Sequence record: PZ338878.1
Length of the DNA: 64,000 bases
Direction: 5' to 3' (one strand)
Origin: a phage
Part shown: positions 28,707-37,327 of the stretch, in pieces
How positions within the stretch are numbered: position 1 is the stretch's first letter
Layout of the letters: each line of letters begins with the position of its first letter
Notes under the pieces: model-generated
Databases searched by the model: none
Seen by the model: the letters and a program-made list of their open reading frames with translations, nothing else
What the model was told of the DNA's origin: nothing
Position numbers and translations under genes: made by a program

Positions 28707-28871
28707 TTAACGTACAAAGTTAACCTCTGCTTCTTTCAGCTTTGACACTTCTACATAACCACCATGATCATCTTTAATCCATTCTTTTCCTTTACGGATG
28801 ATAACAGGGTATGTAGAGTGAGTAAGTTTAGGTACAGATCTTTTTGTTTTAGTGATAGAAATGTTTTGCAT
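28707..28871 (-). CDS. hypothetical small protein (54 aa)
   Basis: Manual translation MQNISITKTKRSVPKLTHSTYPVIIRKGKEW...; GGAGAC upstream; below the track length cutoff. Confidence 0.3.
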   Translation of the reverse strand: MQNISITKTKRSVPKLTHSTYPVIIRKGKEWIKDDHGGYVEVSKLKEAEVNFVR

Positions 28872-28931
28872 AGTAGTCTCCTTAGTAAATTTTACATAGA
28901 GTCTAGATTATTTAGTAGATAGAGTCAATAA

Positions 28932-29198
28932 CTAATTACTGTTAGATCTGTATTCTGTCTTCCATTCACAATGGTAAACTTCAACAGGTTCTAACTTCCA
29001 GTGTTCAGGAACTAATTCAGGGCAATATCTACAAAAGAGAAATAGATAGATAATTAAGACAGGTATTAAATAGTAAAATGGTATACGATCATAACCATAC
29101 TTACGAGATAACATGTAGACATATAGATAGGGTATAACAATTAATCCTATAACTATAAGTAAGAAGAGAAGTATAAACCTTAGTGTAGTAACATCCAT
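28932..29198 (-). CDS. membrane protein (88 aa)
   Basis: ORF track; two hydrophobic helices. Confidence 0.4.
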   Translation of the reverse strand: MDVTTLRFILLFLLIVIGLIVIPYLYVYMLSRKYGYDRIPFYYLIPVLIIYLFLFCRYCPELVPEHWKLEPVEVYHCEWKTEYRSNSN

Positions 29199-29269
29199 AG
29201 TATTCTCCTATACAGTAATATACTCTGTTCCTGCCCCTCCATGAGTGGCAGGAACAATATCTATAGAGA

Positions 29270-29330
29270 ATACTAACTCGCTTCGCTCGTCACCTTTCAG
29301 GTTTAGGGTAGCATGTTTTTCTGAAAAAGT
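29270..29330 (+). repeat. copy A of a dispersed conserved element (core TTAGGGTAGCATGTTTTT)
   Basis: Identical 18-mer at 29303-29320 and 56465-56483, with similar flanks (ctcgcttcgctcg ... gaaaaagtcaa). Confidence 0.5.
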
Positions 29331-29362
29331 CAATACTCTCCACAAAACTTTACAAAATACTT

Positions 29363-29635
29363 TTACATAGGTACAACAGAGTCTGTTTTGAAGTCGTACA
29401 TATGATTTACACCTGTGATTTTTGACATAGAGATTGCACGTTTAACACCTGCAATTACCTGGTCTGTCTTCTTAATCTCTTCACGGAACTTACGTACAGT
29501 TAGAGAGAAGAAACGATGATCCATCCATTGACGGTTAACACGATCACGTTTGAAGTGACGGAAATCTTCAATCTGTCTGTTACGCAAACGGCGCAGTACA
29601 TATAATAATTCATAGTAAGGGTGTTTATTTTTCAT
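29363..29635 (-). CDS. hypothetical basic protein (90 aa)
   Basis: ORF track; no motif. Confidence 0.4.
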   Translation of the reverse strand: MKNKHPYYELLYVLRRLRNRQIEDFRHFKRDRVNRQWMDHRFFSLTVRKFREEIKKTDQVIAGVKRAISMSKITGVNHMYDFKTDSVVPM

Positions 29636-29638
29636 AAT

Positions 29639-30067
29639 TTATTCTCCAAATCGAAAATCGTCAATATCATCAAACCATACACAATGGCGAGTCCTTTCTT
29701 TTTCTGTTGCAGACATTGTTTCAACAGCTTTAGGACTAAGCACAACAGGAATGTAACGAACAGGTCGTTCATAATAGTAGCCATACTTTTCTGTATTAGC
29801 TGCCTCAAAGACTTTACGGCGTTCTTCAAGATCTTCTATGGTGAATCCTACCATATAACCATCATGTTTGCTACCCCATCCTTCCTCACTTTCAACAATC
29901 GGGATATAAAAGCCGTTACGCGTCCCTGACGCTGGTTTTTCTTGAGCCTGAAGGCAAGCCTCCCATCCTGCTTTAAAGACGTTATAGAGCGATTTACGCA
30001 CGTTATGAGTGCCGCTTTCGCTTGCTGGATAGATTTCATTAAACTTGTCTTGGATTTGTTGTGTCAT
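29639..30067 (-). CDS. hypothetical protein (142 aa)
   Basis: ORF track; AAGGGGCGGG upstream. Confidence 0.4.
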   Translation of the reverse strand: MTQQIQDKFNEIYPASESGTHNVRKSLYNVFKAGWEACLQAQEKPASGTRNGFYIPIVESEEGWGSKHDGYMVGFTIEDLEERRKVFEAANTEKYGYYYERPVRYIPVVLSPKAVETMSATEKERTRHCVWFDDIDDFRFGE

Positions 30068-30210
30068 ACCCGCCCCTTAGTGATTATTTGACCAGCTAAA
30101 CAAATAGCTTGTAGTACAATAAAGAAGTAGCCTAATTTTACACTACCCAATACCCAGAATGCAATGTTTGCAAACAAACAAAAAGCAATATTAAGTCTAA
30201 AGAATAACAT
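30064..30210 (-). CDS. small membrane protein (48 aa)
   Basis: Manual translation MLFFRLNIAFCLFANIAFWVLGSVKLGYFF...; stop overlaps the downstream ATG. Confidence 0.3.
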   Translation of the reverse strand: MLFFRLNIAFCLFANIAFWVLGSVKLGYFFIVLQAICLAGQIITKGRV

Positions 30211-30411
30211 TTAATCCCCTTCATATTTAGGTAAAGGCATATATGCCACAATAGGAGGGTAATCAAAGTGAAAATGATGGTTCACCACAATAATCTTACC
30301 AGACATACTTTTATGCACTTCACAATACCCTTTTCCACCATCTTCCATTACCACCACATACTCACCTAGTGGGATATCGTATGGATCTTCTACTTTTACC
30401 CATTCTGTCAT
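30211..30411 (-). CDS. hypothetical protein (66 aa)
   Basis: Trimmed in frame to ATG 30411 (MTEWVKV), preceded by GAGGAG. Confidence 0.4.
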   Translation of the reverse strand: MTEWVKVEDPYDIPLGEYVVVMEDGGKGYCEVHKSMSGKIIVVNHHFHFDYPPIVAYMPLPKYEGD

Positions 30412-30575
30412 TTTGTAAACTCCTCGTAGTAAGGTAAAGCCTTGATCAGTTGTTCTGAAGTGCCATTTTGCACCCACGTAACACCATTGTCAACAGAAAC
30501 ATACCCTTTTTTGTCAATAAATTTACGCAGACAGCCAGTGAACTTATTTTTGTAGATAACCATCTTTACTCCTTG

Positions 30576-30929
30576 TTACATCCACAGGTTATGAAAATAC
30601 TTAGCAAATAAAATGCGACCTTCTAAACGATCTTGCCGCTGTTTTTCATTAACTTCTTCTGGTGGAGTTGAGTCCTTAAAAGAAGACTCCATTTTTTCAA
30701 GAATTTCTAACCAGTGTTCTGCTGCTCGTTCTTCCATATAAGGTAGATAGTCACCTTTAGCGTGTGGGTACATCCGACGAAGTAACCCACTAGGAATTTT
30801 AACATTGTTTGTGGCTATCACTTTTGCACGATACGCAGAAAGTGCATTGTAGATCAGTTTACTTAGTGTCACATCCAGATCAAGAAGATCACTCTCTTCA
30901 AATTGAATTTCATCGTGTACAATTTTCAT
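30576..30929 (-). CDS. hypothetical protein (117 aa)
   Basis: ORF track; no motif. Confidence 0.4.
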   Translation of the reverse strand: MKIVHDEIQFEESDLLDLDVTLSKLIYNALSAYRAKVIATNNVKIPSGLLRRMYPHAKGDYLPYMEERAAEHWLEILEKMESSFKDSTPPEEVNEKQRQDRLEGRILFAKYFHNLWM

Positions 30930-31213
30930 CGTGCCTTCTCCCGATCTGCATCTAATTTCAACAAGAAAGCTGTATACTCTTCCGAACCTTGGTGTAAAAA
31001 CATGTGATAAGAGCTTACCAGTTTCTTCGTTGTCGTATAACGTTCCATTTCCCCAACAACACCTCCACCTAGTGTGTAGAGCACAATACCTTCAACTCCA
31101 ACATAGTTTACTACTTCAACCAAGTCTGTGTTATCCCAATAGTAGTTAGGTGACACAATAAGATCGCCCACTGCCAGTTTAATGTTTGCTACTTCGTCTT
31201 GTGAATAATACAT
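30926..31213 (-). CDS. hypothetical protein (95 aa)
   Basis: ORF track; no motif. Confidence 0.4.
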   Translation of the reverse strand: MYYSQDEVANIKLAVGDLIVSPNYYWDNTDLVEVVNYVGVEGIVLYTLGGGVVGEMERYTTTKKLVSSYHMFLHQGSEEYTAFLLKLDADREKAR

Positions 31214-31225
31214 TTGGTTCTCCTC

Positions 31226-31519
31226 TCACATTAAGACACGTTTTGTGTTGATGGGTGCATTATCAAACATGTTAAGAACATTATCAAGCAGTTTTACTAA
31301 TTCATTTGTAATTTGTTCCCTTGAACGGGAGGAAGTGAGCACTTTGCTTTCACCAACAATATGCATAACTTTTATAGGAGCGTCTAAAATGATGTTGTGC
31401 TGATGATCCTCTTCAAAAGAAGCCAACCATTTCTCATTGTTACCGTGCAAGGCTACAATCACACCAAAACCGTTAATTGTTTCAGAAATATTCTTAGTTG
31501 CTAAAGTAATGTTCATCAT
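31226..31519 (-). CDS. hypothetical protein (97 aa)
   Basis: ORF track; first gene of the leftward operon. Confidence 0.4.
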   Translation of the reverse strand: MMNITLATKNISETINGFGVIVALHGNNEKWLASFEEDHQHNIILDAPIKVMHIVGESKVLTSSRSREQITNELVKLLDNVLNMFDNAPINTKRVLM

Positions 31520-31575
31520 CTACCTCTTTTGTTACGATACACACAGAGTACCAGAAACTAATTTCAGATCAAGTA

Positions 31576-31603
31576 TTGACATACTGTTTTATTGTGCTAA
31601 TCT
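31576..31603 (+). promoter_or_regulatory. sigma70-like promoter for rightward operon
   Basis: TTGACA, about 16 nt spacer, TAATCT, about 30 nt before the SD of the gene at 31636; sits in the divergent intergenic region. Confidence 0.45.
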
Positions 31604-31635
31604 TAATGCATACACAAATGAGAGGAGATAAACGA

Positions 31636-32187
31636 ATGCAAAACACCGATCTGACTTGGGTAGAAGCCAAAGAAGCAATGTTAAAAGGCAAACGTGTTAA
31701 ACATAAATACTTTTGCGAAGGGGAATGGTTTGAAATGCGTAACCGATCCCTTGTAGACGAAAAAGGAAATAACATGGAACAATGGTTCAAAAATGAAATT
31801 TGGCAGGGAACAGGTTGGTCTATAGTTGAAGATCAGCCTAGCTCAAGCGCACTGTTTAGCCCTATTATGTATCGCGTCATCGGTGCTTTAGTTGTTGATC
31901 ACGGAATTGCAGTGGAAAAAGAATGCTGGGAAGAGGTATCTTTTTTCAACCTGGCTTCTTATGCAAAAAGCCATATGCACTTGTTTGAAGAAGGTGATGA
32001 ATTTGTTCTTCGTATGCGATATGGCAAAGAATTCAGATTACCACTTGATAATGATGTAGACACTGTTGTAAAATGGTTAGCAGAGCATTATGCTTACGAT
32101 GCAATTTGTGGTCGCAGCTTCGGCAACGAACGCTGGGACATGATTTGTGAAAAATATGATTTTGAGCCGGAATACGGAGTTTTATAA
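31636..32187 (+). CDS. hypothetical protein (183 aa)
   Basis: Trimmed in frame to ATG 31636 (MQNTDL, GAGAGGAG upstream). Confidence 0.45.
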   Translation: MQNTDLTWVEAKEAMLKGKRVKHKYFCEGEWFEMRNRSLVDEKGNNMEQWFKNEIWQGTGWSIVEDQPSSSALFSPIMYRVIGALVVDHGIAVEKECWEEVSFFNLASYAKSHMHLFEEGDEFVLRMRYGKEFRLPLDNDVDTVVKWLAEHYAYDAICGRSFGNERWDMICEKYDFEPEYGVL

Positions 32188-32438
32188 TGTTAAGTATCAA
32201 ACCTAAAATGATAACAGCAGATGAAGCAGACTTTATTTTCAAATGTGGACGTGTATGGAGAGAATTCACAAAAGGGAATGAAGTGGTTGTTGTTGTCGAA
32301 CACAAGATATCTATCCAGGATCTGTTTGGACAATATGTTGATGTTATTAAATTAGGTATTGACAAGGGTTTAGTTGAGGTGTTAACATTAGATCAAGTTG
32401 AAGCAGAGCACCTCGATAAAGTGGTGGTTGAATTTTAA
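32187..32438 (+). CDS. hypothetical protein (83 aa)
   Basis: ORF track; no motif. Confidence 0.4.
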   Translation: MLSIKPKMITADEADFIFKCGRVWREFTKGNEVVVVVEHKISIQDLFGQYVDVIKLGIDKGLVEVLTLDQVEAEHLDKVVVEF

Positions 32439-32458
32439 AATACAGACGGGAGAAAGGT

Positions 32459-32632
32459 ATGAGTTTCTTTGTTACAGTATTTATGGCTATCTGGATTGTA
32501 GTCTCACTCGTTCTTTTCCTGGTGGGTTGTCTGGAAGAGATTAAGAAAGCGGTTATTTGCGGTTTCTTTGGTTTTATTATCTCTCCTGCCTGGATGTGGT
32601 TCTTCATTATGATTGGTTTCCTTAAAAGGTAA
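32459..32632 (+). CDS. small membrane protein (57 aa)
   Basis: Manual translation MSFFVTVFMAIWIVVSLVLFLVGCLEE...; GGGAGAAAGG upstream. Confidence 0.35.
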   Translation: MSFFVTVFMAIWIVVSLVLFLVGCLEEIKKAVICGFFGFIISPAWMWFFIMIGFLKR

Positions 32633-32646
32633 GTGAGGAATAAAGA

Positions 32647-33084
32647 ATGAGTAAAACAAACGCAATCGCAGATAAAGCAACGGATGTACTTCTGAACATG
32701 GTTAACGTCACTATTCAAACAATGAGTGATGTTGTGGAGTTTGGAAAACAACAAATTCCAGAAGTAATCCATCAATTATTAGTGTGGAAAGCAGTATCCG
32801 CAGGTTTATGGCAACTTTTTAGTATTTGCTTTATGCTTATTACTTTTATTGCTGTGCGGAACATCGTAAAAGCAATTAAAGATAAAGAATGCCTGTGGTC
32901 ACGAGATCGTTATGGTGAAGTATCTGCTTTACCTATTGTTGGTCTTGTTGTCTGTGCTTTCTTTTTCTTTTTAGGGTTTGTTATTTTCTTTTCGAATTTT
33001 GATTGGCTAAAAATCATTATTGCACCAAAAGTGTATCTGATTGAATTTGCTGCTGATTTAATTCGTTCATCTCAACAAAAATAA
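32647..33084 (+). CDS. membrane protein (145 aa)
   Basis: ORF track; several hydrophobic segments. Confidence 0.45.
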   Translation: MSKTNAIADKATDVLLNMVNVTIQTMSDVVEFGKQQIPEVIHQLLVWKAVSAGLWQLFSICFMLITFIAVRNIVKAIKDKECLWSRDRYGEVSALPIVGLVVCAFFFFLGFVIFFSNFDWLKIIIAPKVYLIEFAADLIRSSQQK

Positions 33085-33095
33085 AAGGGGTTAAA

Positions 33096-34223
33096 ATGAA
33101 ATACACGATTTATGGTGATATTGTAAGTGTAAATAAAGATATGGGCGTGGAATCTAACTACCTTCCACCTGGATTCTATACTGTTAGTCGTGATCCCCTT
33201 GGCAATTACTTTTTAAGCCGTGGTAATCTAACAGGTGTACCGGATGTTCTGTATGGTGAAACAGAAAAACGAGCAAATCACGTTATTCGTACATTCCATC
33301 GCCGTAGTGCACAAGGTAAAAACACAGGCTTGCTTCTGACAGGAACTAAGGGCAGTGGTAAAACTATGTTAGCCAAACTCATTAGTCGTGACCTTGTAGA
33401 AGAAGGTATTCCAACTATTATGGTTACTCAAGCCTACAGCGATGCTAATTTCATTGAACTTATTAGCAAGATCACCGACAAAGCAGTGATTATTTTTGAC
33501 GAGTTTGATAAAGTGTATGAGAAGAAACAAGATCAAGAAGCACTTCTCACTTTGTTAGATGGTACTGGCAGTGGTAATAAACTGTTTATTCTGACTAAAA
33601 ACAGTGGTTTTATCTCTGAATTCTTTTTAAATCGTCCTAGTCGTGTGTTTTATAATTTTAATTATGATAAAATCTCACTAGAAACTATGATTGACTACTT
33701 AGATAAAAACCTGGATAACAAAGCACACTTTGATAATTTCCAAAGACTTTGGGATGTAAGTTTAGAGTTGTCCTTTGATGTGATCCAAGGTATAGTAGAA
33801 GAACTTAATTTCTACCCTGATTTATCCTTTAAAGAATGCATCTCTATGATGGGCGTTTCTTTAGGTGGTGGTAATAAATGGGATATCAGCAGCGTTGTTA
33901 TTAATGGAAAACTTCAGAAAGTTAGCTGGGTATCTAGTTGGCATAACTTCACACCTGCAATCTTTTTAGGTGGTTCGTGCACACTAGACGTGTACTTGTC
34001 ATCTCCAAGTGATGCAGACTCTAAAGAAGCCCTTGCTAATAGCTCTTACGTGGTTTTTGATGATGAAGGAGATGCTCGAATTCCATTGAATGCGACAAAA
34101 ATGAAAGCAGATCTTATTACAGGCGGTAAAATCGTTGTGTTTAGTGACGATCCAGAAGATTCTTTCCGTATTGTTCTGGAACCAACTATCACCAATGGTG
34201 CAACTTTGGCAAGTGTGTTTTAA
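33096..34223 (+). CDS. P-loop ATPase (AAA-like), paralog of 16919..18079
   Basis: 375 aa; Walker A GTKGSGKT, Walker B VIIFDEFDK, LLTLLDG. Confidence 0.6.
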   Translation: MKYTIYGDIVSVNKDMGVESNYLPPGFYTVSRDPLGNYFLSRGNLTGVPDVLYGETEKRANHVIRTFHRRSAQGKNTGLLLTGTKGSGKTMLAKLISRDLVEEGIPTIMVTQAYSDANFIELISKITDKAVIIFDEFDKVYEKKQDQEALLTLLDGTGSGNKLFILTKNSGFISEFFLNRPSRVFYNFNYDKISLETMIDYLDKNLDNKAHFDNFQRLWDVSLELSFDVIQGIVEELNFYPDLSFKECISMMGVSLGGGNKWDISSVVINGKLQKVSWVSSWHNFTPAIFLGGSCTLDVYLSSPSDADSKEALANSSYVVFDDEGDARIPLNATKMKADLITGGKIVVFSDDPEDSFRIVLEPTITNGATLASVF

Positions 34224-34240
34224 GTAAGCTAGCAAATAAA

Positions 34241-34264
34241 AACCCGCTCCGGCGGGTTTTCTTG
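34241..34264 (+). terminator. intrinsic terminator
   Basis: acccgc-tccg-gcgggt hairpin followed by TTTTCTTG; near-identical copy at 60040-60066. Confidence 0.65.
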
Positions 34265-34297
34265 TATTGATGCCAGATTTAATAAGAGGAGTAATAG

Positions 34298-35695
34298 ATG
34301 ACAGCACCAAAATCATGGGAACAATATAAAGAAGAATTAACACCCCTTGCTAAAAATCACAATATTCAAATCCTGGGTTATGTTGGGGAATGGAAAGGGA
34401 GCAAGACTAAACTTAAACTATCTTGCCCTGATCATGGAGAGTGGGAAAGTACCGTAATCACTAACTTTAAAACTAGAGGCGGTAAATGTTGCCCCGATTG
34501 CAATGGTCATAGAAAAGTAACAGAAGAAAAGGAATGTATTTCCCTTGTTGATGTTGCTAAAGAAAGAGGGTTTACTTTTATAGGTCTTGCCGAGGAGTGG
34601 CGAGGTGTACGAACAAAAATTCGCATAATTTGCCCTAAACATGGAGAGTGGAACACCACAAATATTATTAGTTTTAGGAATGGACATGGTTGTCCGACAT
34701 GTGCAAGTAATAAGCCGTTAACATGGGAAACAGAATTACCGATCTTGGAAGAGATAGCACAGAAGAAGGGGTATCAAGTGTTAGGGTACGTTGGAGAATG
34801 GAAAAGAAATAAAACAAAACTTGATTTGTTGTGTCATTGTGGTTATAAATGGGATACTACAAGTATTAACAGTTTTAAACGTGGTAGTGGTTGTCCTTTA
34901 TGTGGGTATAAGAATACAGGTAAGTCACAAACAATATCCGACGATCAACATATTGCAGATTTCTTTTCTACTGGTGTCTTCCCTGAAGGCACTATCTTCA
35001 CTAACACAGGAGCACGGGGGAAAGGATGTGGGCATATTATCTGGATGGTTGAATGTCCTGTTTGCTCTCATGATGAATATGTTCAAGCAGGTGTTTGCAA
35101 TGGTAAATTTTACTCTAAAGGATATAACCTTAAACGAGGACACATGCCGTGTCGTTGTGGAAACTATCATTATACAGAAGACCAGATCACCTACAAAGTG
35201 AGAAAGGAAGTAGAGAGTAAAGGGTATATTTGGGTAGGATGGATCAGTAAACCTAGTGCAAAAGGCAAGTTTAAATATTGGTGCAATAAACACGGGGAAC
35301 AAATTGGAAATGCTGATAGTTTGATACATAGGGGAGCTGGGTGTCCACAGTGTGCTGGTCATAGTCAACAGCAATTATATATTAATATTGTTAAAGATAA
35401 TGATATTATAGTTGCTCTTAAGTTTGGTATAGCTAAAGATAGCGATAGACGATTAAACCGTCAAAATAACCATAATATGTTTTTTATGGAGCGTATTTGT
35501 TTATATGATTTTAGCACAGTGAAACAATGTAAGGCTGCTGAAAGAGCTATAAAGAAAAAATTAAAAACTGGTATTTTAACGGAAAGAGAGTTGAAAGACG
35601 GTTATACAGAAACAGTAAGTGTTTCTGATTTGGAAAATCTTCAAAAAATTATTACACAATATGGTGGCAAGTTAGTATACAGTAAGGAGGTGTAA
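34298..35695 (+). CDS. multi-zinc-ribbon protein with C-terminal GIY-YIG/T5orf172-like region (putative nuclease-like)
   Basis: 465 aa; at least four tandem modules of the form GEW...CP.HGEW..T.I..F..G.GCP.C; C-terminal LYINIVKDNDIIVALKFGIAKDSDRRLNRQNNH. Confidence 0.4.
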   Translation: MTAPKSWEQYKEELTPLAKNHNIQILGYVGEWKGSKTKLKLSCPDHGEWESTVITNFKTRGGKCCPDCNGHRKVTEEKECISLVDVAKERGFTFIGLAEEWRGVRTKIRIICPKHGEWNTTNIISFRNGHGCPTCASNKPLTWETELPILEEIAQKKGYQVLGYVGEWKRNKTKLDLLCHCGYKWDTTSINSFKRGSGCPLCGYKNTGKSQTISDDQHIADFFSTGVFPEGTIFTNTGARGKGCGHIIWMVECPVCSHDEYVQAGVCNGKFYSKGYNLKRGHMPCRCGNYHYTEDQITYKVRKEVESKGYIWVGWISKPSAKGKFKYWCNKHGEQIGNADSLIHRGAGCPQCAGHSQQQLYINIVKDNDIIVALKFGIAKDSDRRLNRQNNHNMFFMERICLYDFSTVKQCKAAERAIKKKLKTGILTERELKDGYTETVSVSDLENLQKIITQYGGKLVYSKEV

Positions 35696-36247
35696 ATGCG
35701 GATTACTGATAAGTATGTGTTCTTCTTCTCGGCAAAAGATGAATTTAGCAACTGGTATCTATCATCTTTTATTGAACCTTTAGCTCCCAAGTATAATAAT
35801 TCTATTACAAGTTCTGTTGAATTTACTTGTGTGGAACAATATATGATGTGGAGAAAAGCATGTTTGTTTTATGATTACAACATTGCATCTTCTATTTTAA
35901 CCGGAGATCTAAGATATACAGGAGAAAAAGAACAGGCATATTATAAGCGACTAGGTAGATTAGTTAAAGATTACGATGAAGCTACTTGGACTTCTTTACG
36001 GGAGAAGATTGTCAAGCGTGGTTTGTATCTTAAATACACACAAAATGAAGATCTCAAAAATAAACTTATCGCTTACGCAGATAAGGAGTTCGTAGAGGCA
36101 AGCCCTTATGATTCTATTTATGGTATCAAAATGGGGATGTGGGATCGTGATGTTGAAAACAAGGATCGTTGGAAAGGACAAAATCTTTTAGGAAAATGGC
36201 ATACAGACCTTGCTGTTTATCTAAAAACACAATCTGATATTTCCTGA
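35696..36247 (+). CDS. NADAR (YbiA-like) domain protein
   Basis: 183 aa; FFFSAKDEFSNWYLSSF, EQYMMWRKA, VEASPYDSIYGIKMG, WKGQNLLGKW follow the NADAR/YbiA motif order. Confidence 0.7.
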   Translation: MRITDKYVFFFSAKDEFSNWYLSSFIEPLAPKYNNSITSSVEFTCVEQYMMWRKACLFYDYNIASSILTGDLRYTGEKEQAYYKRLGRLVKDYDEATWTSLREKIVKRGLYLKYTQNEDLKNKLIAYADKEFVEASPYDSIYGIKMGMWDRDVENKDRWKGQNLLGKWHTDLAVYLKTQSDIS

Positions 36248-36465
36248 TATTTTGAAAATTTTTATTTTTATAAAAAGGGGTGTGGGTTTCATGTACGGAA
36301 ATCCACCCTCTGAATAATATATCCAGAGTAAATATTATTCTGTACTCTGTTAATAAAGTATTTAATTTGTTTGTTGGACTATGGTATCTGATCTTTAAAA
36401 GACATACTATCTCTTAACTACTACTTATAACAGAACAGTAAAATCATTTTTATAAAAAGGACAAA

Positions 36466-36665
36466 ATTATTTAAAGTTTTTACAGATTTTTGGCTACAAA
36501 TTTTGAAAATGAAAAGTTCAAGTTTGGTCAAAATTATTTAAAGTTTTTGTATGTATTTCTATCCAGATTTTGAAAATGAAAACTTCAATTTTTTAAAAAT
36601 TCCCCAGTTTATTTAAAGTTTTTTTGCCTTTTTCCGTAGAAAAATCAAAAATGAAAAGTTCAATT
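36466..36665 (+). repeat. three tandem direct repeats of about 67-73 bp
   Basis: Each unit has ATTATTTAAAGTTTTT ... TTTGAAAATGAAAAGTTCAA; units start near 36466, 36533 and 36605. Confidence 0.7.
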
Positions 36666-36686
36666 TCGTGTTTTTATAGGTGTGTT

Positions 36687-36799
36687 AATGAGAATCATTT
36701 TCGTTTGTAAATGAGAATCATTATCATTTAACTATGTAAGTGATAATCATTCTCAGTAAGAGAATGAGAATCATTAGCAAATGAGAATTTTTCTCATTT
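36687..36799 (+). promoter_or_regulatory. cluster of five Fur-box-like palindromes (AATGAGAATCATT core)
   Basis: Copies at 36687-36699, 36710-36722, about 36741-36755 (GTGATAATCATTCTC), 36763-36775, and AATGAGAAtttTTCTCATT at 36779-36799. Confidence 0.5.
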
Positions 36800-37039
36800 A
36801 CAGAATAACGCGCAGGGGCGGTGTTTGTCTCGCGCTCCCGTGTCCCCTCGCCATACAATAAGAATAGCATAACCAACAACAAAAGCAAGCGATTATTTTT
36901 ATCTTTACATTTCTTTACAAATTTATTTTAGACGAGCTACCGGCGATCAACCTTCCAACCAGGGCCGCCTGGTATGTTAGCCCCGCCTTTACGCCGTGGG
37001 GGTGGCGTTTCCTCTTCTGTATGTAAAACAGTATAAGCC

Positions 37040-37085
37040 CGATCCCTGGGCTTGTCAATATTATTTTTTGTTTTCTTGCCAGGAT
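37040..37085 (+). terminator. possible bidirectional terminator-like hairpin
   Basis: aagccc-gatccct-gggctt followed by a T-rich run; lies just past the stop of the minus-strand ORF 37061..37327. Confidence 0.3.
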
Positions 37086-37327
37086 AGGACACCTAACCAA
37101 AAATACATGTCGCCCCGCGCCCCTGGCGGGATCTTGCTTTCCCCGCCGCCACTGCAAGCCCATAAATAACCGTCAGCGAACGGATCAAAGTGATCTATCT
37201 CTTCCACCTTATGATCGCCCAGGTTGAGAACGGTTTCAACCTTTAAGCCCGTTGCGCTTGCTACCTGGTGCACCGTGCCGCCTTGCCAGCCCAATGATTG
37301 CATGAGATGTAAAGGAGTATTTGTCAT
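37061..37327 (-). CDS. hypothetical protein (88 aa) in GC-rich island
   Basis: ORF track; SD GAAAGGG; GC-rich codons (CTG, GGC, CAG) unlike the rest of the window. Confidence 0.35.
   Translation of the reverse strand: MTNTPLHLMQSLGWQGGTVHQVASATGLKVETVLNLGDHKVEEIDHFDPFADGYLWACSGGGESKIPPGARGDMYFWLGVLSWQENKK

Noticed and set aside
30409-30564. Apparent 51-codon ORF in the intergenic gap upstream of the gene at 30211-30411
   Set aside because: Careful re-translation shows an in-frame TAA after 13 codons (MVIYKNKFHWLSA); my first reading had dropped a base.
36830-37100. Possible tRNA or small RNA gene in the GC-rich non-coding stretch
   Set aside because: No acceptor-stem/T-loop (GTTCnAnTC) pattern found on either strand by eye; only generic GC hairpins. 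A dedicated tRNA scan would be needed to exclude it.
36915-37163. Minus-strand 82-aa ORF overlapping the 37061-37327 ORF
   Set aside because: Overlaps the better-supported ORF in another frame and spans the terminator-like hairpin; no SD.
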